Part shown: positions 18,701 to 27,700 of the stretch, piece by piece
Position numbering within the stretch: the first letter of the stretch is position 1
Layout: each line of letters opens with the position of its first letter
Notes under the pieces: generated by a model
Seen by the model: only the letters and a program-made list of their open reading frames with translations
The model's database searches: none
What the model was told of the DNA's origin: nothing
Translations under genes and position numbers: made by a program
Source of the DNA: a virus
Lineage: Duplodnaviria > Caudoviricetes
Direction: 5' to 3' (one strand)
IMG/VR virus record: IMGVR_UViG_3300017913_001550
Span: 1-45,767 of that record
DNA: 45,767 bases

Positions 18701-21700
18701 TCAGTTTGTATTGTTTTCTTACTCTGTAATCTATCAAATTTTAATTCAGTGGTAGCAGTTCTAATTCTGTTGTTTTCTAAAATTGCAGTTGCTTTTGCAG
18801 TTTCGGTAACAGTTCCGCCGCCGCCTGTGATTGTAACTGTTGGCGCACTTGTGTAACCAGCACCACCATTAGTCAATACAATGCTTCCTACACTTTCTCT
18901 ACTGATCAACGCTTCTGCTGTTGCAGGTACGTTGTCTGAATTAGGCATAGTAAATGCACCATTAGGTAGAATTGGCTGTGCATGATAAGTTGGTCCTACA
19001 AAGTAAGGATACACAGGTTTCGTAACATCATTAGGATCAACAGTTACAAAGTAAGCGTATGTTCCATTTGGATATTCTGGTGTAACAATAAATCTTCCAT
19101 TGTGTTGATCTAAATCGCCTGATCCTGGAACGTACTCATAGTCTTCAATAAATCTGCCATCAGCATTACTTCCGTCTGCCCTCGGTGCTGTACGAAGTTG
19201 ATAACTGCTTTCTTGAACTTTAATTGTTCTGTTATTACTTGCTGTATAACCATATGGACCGTAGATAGGATTACCATCAAAAGCAAAACCTATAATAGGA
19301 CTGTGTGTTTCTGCATCTTTTTCATATAAAAACTTTGGATCACTTTGATAATAGAACATTCCTTCTGGTGTTGCTTGTCCTGAACCATCTTCTTGTTCTG
19401 CTTCAAGTTTTGCAAACACATTATTCTTTGTATATTCTGTGCCGCCTAGTTTTTCTGTTGCAGTAATCATTGAACTGTAAATCGGTACACCATTAGTTGC
19501 AACACCCACTGCTCCTATTGGAGTGCTTGTTTTTTCATCTACTACATTTGGATTTCTTGCAAACTGGAAAACATATTTCTGTGCTTTAGCCTGTGGTTCA
19601 TTGTAAAAATGGTTAGGTAATCCTGTGCTAGCCACATATACATAGATGTTATTGTAATCTGTATCAACAATACTTGCAAAAGGTGCAGTTTGAGTAATCG
19701 TTGGTTTGTTTTCTCTACCGCCACTAACGATTACCTGTGGTTTTTGTGTGTAGCCTTTGCCGCCATTACTTACATCGATCCTAGCAACATTGAATTTGTA
19801 ATTGTTAAACCAATTTACATATTCAGGCTCGGTGACTTTGGTATCTGTTACTTTAACAGTTTTAAATTTTTGCTCAGTTTCGTCATAGTAACTAGGTAGA
19901 TCAAAGTCAGTAGTACCAATGCTGTTGTTTTCAACCTGATCATATCCTACAATGTATTCTCTGATTGTTGCACTGTATGGTTTGATTTCTTGTATGTATT
20001 GTTCTAAATATCCAGGGTCAGCAATGTTGTAATTGATTTTTCTGCTAAATCCGCCGAGATTATTTCTTACATTAATTAAACTTGTTTTGAATGCCCAATC
20101 AATAAATCCTTGTTCACTAATTGCATAACGCAAAGCAATAAAGAATAATTCGTTCCATGCATACTTAAGATCATCAACAAAAATATAATCCTTAATTGTT
20201 TCAAATACAATTCTAGTTTCGTCATTTGGTTGTTGATCAAATAAGTTTTGATCGTAATTTTCTTGTCCTGCAAATCCAAATGCATCTGCTGTGTAATTGT
20301 ATAAACTTTCTTTAAATTTAATTGTAGCATTTTGCTTATACATTAGATCATACTCATCGTTGAATGATCCGTTGCTTACTACACGCTGTAGAATTACTCT
20401 ATTGTTGTCTCCACCGTTTACAATATCAACAAGTTGGCCAACAGTGGTTTCAATTTTGTTTAATTCATAAGGTGCGTCAATTTTGTAATCAATTATACTA
20501 TCAATATCAAAGCCATCAACAATGTAATCTTTATATTCCCAGAAATTGTTTACATTGTAAATTTGTGTATTTGTTCTAGACCAATCTGTACCTACCCATT
20601 CGTACATAGTCCAAGCATTGTTTACAGTTTCATCTGCTGTGACTAAAACCTTGAAAGGTCTAACCGTAAGTGATGCTCTAGTATAGTTTTTACCTTCTTT
20701 TAAAACTTCAACTGCTGTGATTTCTCCACTAGCGTTAATTGTAGTTTGTAGTTTAGCACCATAACCTTCTGCACTAATAACAACTTCAGGAGCAATTTTA
20801 TAACCAAATCCCTTGTTTATAATGTTTACAGATTTTATTCTGCCGTTAACAATGTTTGCAGAAAGTTGTGCGGATACTAAGTCTTGTGTTTTAATTTCAT
20901 CTAAGTCAGCAAACTCATCTACAGTCATATCAAACTTGCCACTGGCTGTGTTTGGCTGTGGATCTTTTTCTGTCAATCTTGTGATATCTTTTAAATCTGC
21001 AATTCTATTTTTTGCACATAAATCATTTACATAAGTTAACAATACTTCTAATGCTTCTGTTCTGTTTACAAACAGTGTTTGTCTAGGACGTATCTGTGTA
21101 CCATAACGCTTTTGAGGCGGTAGGGCAGGATCAGGCACAGCATTACCGTTTGTGTCGAACCCAACTAAACTATCAAATAATTTTTTAATCAATAGATTAT
21201 TTTCAATTTTACTGTTTTGATTAGGACTTACCAACAACCATTCATTGTGTTGTGGAATATCAGTTTCAACAGTTCTATATTGAACACTTAAACTTACATC
21301 ATTATCACTGAGTGTAGTTTTGACATTTGTAATACTAAATGCATTTGTATCAATTAACTGAAGTGTTTTAATTCCATATGATCTAGGATTAGAAATAATT
21401 CTAGCAACTTCATTTGCAGGAATACTTCTATTGGTATTTTCAGAAGAAAGAACAACACTGTTTCTTACCCAATAATAATAACGACTTGTAAATGTTCCTG
21501 TGTTAGGATTGTAAACTCTTTTGATAACGTATGTGTTATCATCATACTTGGTTTGACCACTAAAGCCTAAACTGATACCTTCTGTTGTATCAGCAATATC
21601 ATTCCATTCACTAGGAGTTAGATCTGTTTCAACCCACTCATAAATGTCAATGCTACTGCCTGGGAATAGTTCGGCCCAGTTGTTTGTTCTATATTCAATG

Positions 21701-24700
21701 TCACCTTGTTCATACCAAATATATCTGAGACTGCTTAGATCCCACCAAAGTTCGCCTACATGGTTGTCTGTCCAATGGAAGTCAGAATTAACATAAACAT
21801 CTTTATCACTAACAGTGTAAGTTGCAGGATCTTTGGTTGACTTATATGTAAGTTCTGCATCTGCTAGATATGGAATCTTGCCTTTAACAGGATCATATGT
21901 TTCAATAAAATCAACAACCTGTTGTTCATCTGTGCGATATGTAAATGCTTTTTCCACGCTGTATGGATTTGTTAAACTATCTTGTTGTCTAATTCTATTC
22001 CAAGCACTTGTGCCAGTTTTACTGTAAACAAACAATGCACCAGTTGATGCTGACTGATAACCAACACTACCAGGTGATCCTACAAATAATGTTGTATCAC
22101 TATATGCTAATGCTCTACCAAACGCATCATTACTAGAAGCGCCTGCACTGCTTATATTTTGACCAAATACAAAGTTGTTGCCTAGTCTAACAAAAGTATA
22201 TACCGTACCAGTACCAATATTTTGATCTACAATTTTAGTTGTGCCGGCATCAAATGTTGTGTCATCTGACATTTTAATTTCAACCCTGTTAACACCGCCA
22301 CTGGCTGTGACTGCAATACCGTCACCTGTTGGATTAATTACAACTTTGTCTCCAAATCTTTCGCCGCCACTTGCTACTGGACTGTAAATTGTTTGTGTAA
22401 GTGTGTATTGATCTACAGTGCTGTCATCTTCCATATCAAACACAAACACCTTACCTTGATTAGTATAAGTGTCATCACCAAACGGTGATCCTACTGCAAT
22501 ACGTTTTCCGTCTTGACTAATTGCAACACTGTAACCAAACTCATCAAATGCATTTATTTTTCCTTGCATTAAAGTGTTTACGTTAATTGTTTGATGTAGT
22601 TCATACTTCTCGCCATCATTACGATACACATAAACTGCACCACTATTTTTCGTACTATCTTGGTTAGGATCAAATTCTCTTCCAGGGGCACCAACTACAA
22701 GGTATTCTAAGTTATTACTTGCGGCAATGCTGTAACCAAACAAATCATCTGCTCTGCCGTTGCTTAGACTAATTTCTTTTTGTCCTTCTGGAATATCCCA
22801 ATCAACCGTGCTACCGTCTGCTTGAGTTTGCCTGTCGTAGATATAAATTTTTCCTGCGTTTGAACTTGAACCTGGCGCACTAACAATAATTTTTTCATCA
22901 TTGTTAATCACCTGCCAACCAAATCTTTCATCCTGTGCTGGTACTTGTGATGCTAACACATATTCAACTTCATACTCACCTGTTGCACCATTTAGTTTAG
23001 AAATCTTAATCAATCCTTGATTGATTTTATTACTTGCAGATCCTGTAATTTTCGCTTCAATGAACCTAGCGTTTCTTTCATTAACAACTTCTTTTACAAA
23101 TGTTGCATAAGGTGCACCACCTACCACGTAGGTTCCGCTTTCACTTACTGATACACTGTGTCCTAAACTTGGCTTAGATCCTTGTGCTAGGTTATCAGAA
23201 GTATTTTCACTGATAGTATAACCTTGTACTTGTTCGAGTGATGCAGTATCAGTGTTAGTTTTTCTTCTAACAATGTTGATACTACCTTCGTCAATGTAGT
23301 TACTTGCGCCAACAACGATAAGTCTACCTTGGTCTCCTACTGCAACGCTAGAACCATATTCTAAACTCTGGCCTAATCTGATACCACTACCAAATCTATA
23401 TTCTTGGAATACATCTTGTTTATTGTAAATTGCCCAACCACTTCCGTTGTCATCTACATAAATTTTATTACCTGCGCCTAGCGTTCCAATATTTTTTAAA
23501 TTGTTTAACTCATCAATCTTTGCAACTCTAGTATTATCAAATTCAAGTATAGTTCCTGTTGCACTATCGTCTTGTAGATTTAAACTTAATAACTCTGTTG
23601 CAATTTTGAATGTTGTAAGTGTATCACTGCTTATTACAGTATGCACACCATTTACTTCAGGATCAAAATCCTTGATGCTGATGATGTCTCCTGCTTTTAA
23701 TCCATGTGGAATATCTGTGTTTAAAGTAAGTAGTCCAGCGGAAATACTTGCTTTAGCATCATCTGTCTGTACAAGTCTTGCTCTGTTAGCACTTACTCTA
23801 TAAATTGCCCAAGTGTCGTCCTTGTCTTTGGCTACCCAAACGCTGTCATCTACGTTTAGTGTTGGTATTGTTGTATCTGATAAAAATGTACTTTTGTCAA
23901 AGATAGTGTGACTGACATCTTCTAATGTAGCATAACCCGCATAAGGCAATTTCATAACACTTGAAACACTCACATCTTCTTTGGTCAAGTCATATTGTGG
24001 CCACGGATTGTTATCATAATCGCTAGGCTTAACACTTAGATCCTGTGGTAAAATTTTAATAACATTTGAACTTGTTTGTTCAGTGGATCTGTTTGCTACA
24101 AATTCGTAAGGCTGTGGATTTTCAACATTTAAGTTTTCATTTAATGCTAGTTCAATTTCTTTAATTGTTGCATTACTTCCAAGACTACCTACTTTGAACG
24201 CCCAGTTTTCTTCTAATCCAATATCATTTAATACACCGTCAATGTTTAGTCTTTGAATTTTTGTAAGTGCATCCTCGGTACCTTTTTGTTTGATGAACCC
24301 TTGATAGAACTTATACTGTGCTACTTCGTCTTGAATTAAGTTATCAAGGTATAAACGCTTTTGATAACCGATCAAGTGTTGAGCAAGTTTAGTTGCTTCT
24401 GTGTCAAAGTTTTCACTTTCAAGTGCATAAAAATCTTCGAAACTAAAGGCTTTGTAGTCGAGGTTAGGTAATAGTTCAGCAACAGGTTTATCACCAATAA
24501 ACAACCAGTCATCATATACAAAGTCTGTATCACCTGGCAAAAACTTTTTAGCACTGTAATATCTATTTTTAAAACGAACAACATCACCTAGGTTATAATC
24601 TTTTTTAGCAATCCAATCCTCTACAGTTGCTTCGTCATAGATAAATCCTGGACTTTGATAGTCACCGTCCCAGTCGCTGGTTTTGAATCCAATTAGTTTA

Positions 24701-27700
24701 ATACGTTTTTGTCTATATCCTGCTTCTTGATCATAGATAACATCTCCAAAGTTGCTTCTATCATCAAACACAATAACATGTTCATACTGCACAAGATTTA
24801 ACACTGCAAAGAAGATACCAAACTGTGTATCTCTAGTACCAAGTGTAAAGTTACCACCACTTCTAGAAGTTGTTAAAACATCTTTGCTTAGTGGGTTGGC
24901 GCTTTGGTTAAGGATGCTGTACTCGTAAAAACTATTTAGAACACTATCAACAACACCAGGTCTATATGAATATTTTAATTCTTTAGCAAATGGTGAAAGT
25001 GCTATAACACTGCCTGCATTGAAATTCTGTGTTGTCCAGAATAAAAATTCTGCGCCACTTAATCTCCAGTCTTCAATTCTTTTAGTTTCAGTTTGATAAC
25101 GATCAAACACAAATCCTTGTGCTTTTAACCATTCACCGTAGCCAAGAATTACATCATAAACTTCTTGTACCCTATTAAACTTAGTGCCATATTGCACCTG
25201 TGTTACTACATTTTCAAATCTTCTTGAACGTATGACTTCAGCGCCGCCGCTTACAGGAAGTTCGGGTAGAACTTGAAACTTATCATTTTCAAACTCACTA
25301 GATGTATGACTAGTCTTTGTTCTGTAATAGTTTCCGTTGTATTCTACAATTTGTCCTACACCATAGAACTTATCAGCCTGCCAAATTACAAACTTGGCTT
25401 CTTTGCCGCCAATGCGTTCTACAGGATCTTCATTGCTTTTAATCGGCGAGTAGATATTAAAGTAAGGTCTAAATCTATCATATCCTCTTACAATAAATCC
25501 ATCTGTGGCTTTTTCTACAATAATACCACTAATCCTTGCACTTTTTATAGGATTACTTTTGCGTAGCATTAGTTCATAGTTTTCTTGTGGAAGGAAAATA
25601 CTGTTATCAACAGCGTTAGGATTTGAACTTTCCGCTAAAATACGTAATCTATTTTTATTTGCAAACCCACCTAATTTATAGGTAATGTTCATGCTAGTGT
25701 TTTGTAAAAAGTCTAGGTAAACTTCTTTTACATTTTTTGCCTGGGTTTTCAAGTAATCACTAATAAAAGAATGATATCCTAATCCTTTAAATCTTACATT
25801 ATTATATAACAGGTCAGTGATTTTAAAATCGCTTGGACTTGGAATCTTGCCTGTATCTTTATATACAACGTTGTTGCTTGATGTTACAGTGTTTTGGTTT
25901 GTATCAAACAAAGCACCAAAATATCTTGCTGGCACAGTAATACCAAGAGCAATCTGTAGAGCAAAAGGATACCAACTACTTACTCTCCAACTGTTTTCTG
26001 CTGGTCCATGATCACCGTAACGCCATTTGTTTTTTACTTCAGTTATAGTTAGATCTGCTACAATATTAATTTTTGCAGGATCAACCAAGTCACCATATTC
26101 GTCTACAGGAATGTTAGTGCTGAGTCCTTTTCTAGCATAGTTACTGTTGATTACAGCGCCAGTTGGATATTTAATTTTACCTTCTTCTAAATCGTCCCAT
26201 AAAATTTTGTTACCACTTGTATAAGGTGCTGGACCATACGTATCTTCCCACCAAGTTGGTTTTACAGTCAACCCAAGCATTTCCCATGGATGTGTATGCG
26301 GACGATATGTATCAAAATATGATCTATAAATTGCTTTCCAATGGCCTGGTAATTTAGTGCCTTCGCGGTTTACAAAACTATTAAAGTTATAAGAAAAACT
26401 ATTTGTTTCGTTTGAAGTTGTATTTGTTTCATAGTCAACATCAAATGTGTGTTTCCAGTAACTAAAATCTTTTCTAAGCACATCATTAAATTCAGTGCGA
26501 GTGTAATCATTATTTCTATAATGCCCAGGTATAAAGTTATAGATATCAAAAACAGTTGGATTGTATTCAATCTTGATATTGTTGTAAATCCTTTGTTCTA
26601 ATTCTAGTAAAAGATCATCTCTATAATCACCAAATACTCTAGTAATGCTTCCGTCATGTCCTTGAATAACCTCAACTGGAGTTAGGTATGAATCGTCAGT
26701 AAACTTGCTTGGCATGTACTTAGGATATAAGCCAAGTTTAGTAGGTGTAGTCGGAATAACATTGCCTACAGTATCATAATCTACAATAACAATTTTATCA
26801 TCTACTTTAAGTGTTCTACTAATAGTAACAATATTATCTACACTATCGAATGTGTAGTCTGTTGAATACATTAACTGTTCTTCGTTTAGATAAACGTATA
26901 CAGCACGATCTTGAATTTTGTTAATATCAAAACTGTTGTCAATACCAAAAGTATTTTGTGTTGCAGTTCTTACAGTATATTCTTTTACAGTTTTCTTTTT
27001 ACCATAACCTGCCATGTCTGCATAGTAATAAGCAGAATTAATTTGTTTATTTGCACCTAGTTGATACAAAATATTATCAACATCTTCTCTGACGTTGACT
27101 GTACCTTCGGACTTTTTTAATCCTAATTCTAAAAACTGTTCCTTAAAGTTATTGTAGTCTCTAGCATTTGTTCTTACTGCATTAACAAAAGGTGCATCAC
27201 CTTCAACGAGATGCATCATTGCAGGGAAAATACTGCCTTTGTGTTTTACATACCTTGTACCATCGATGTAAATATCTTTTACATCACGTGAATTATTGAC
27301 ACCGTTGGCTGTGCCAGTTACTTTATTATTGTTTTCAAATATTGTTCTAAAATGATCAGTAACACTGCCCAAGGTAAAATATGTTAGGTCGTTGTTTTCA
27401 CTGTTATTAGTTAAGTTAATAGGTGGTTCGTAAAACCCGTTATCATTTGCAGGTTGATCTGTTAACACTTTTACAACTATTCTAGTATCTGCTGGAATAG
27501 GTGTTGTAAATAAAATTTTATATGTTTTCTTTAATTGATCAACTTCAGTTTTAAAACCACTGCCGTCTTTTAAAATATTATCTGCATATTCTACAACAAC
27601 ATCTAATGTATACTTGTAGGCATTATTAATAACATTAATTTCTAATTCATTTAATTCTACTGTAGTATCTAGTACTTGCTTGATTCTTTGTCTAGTTGTT

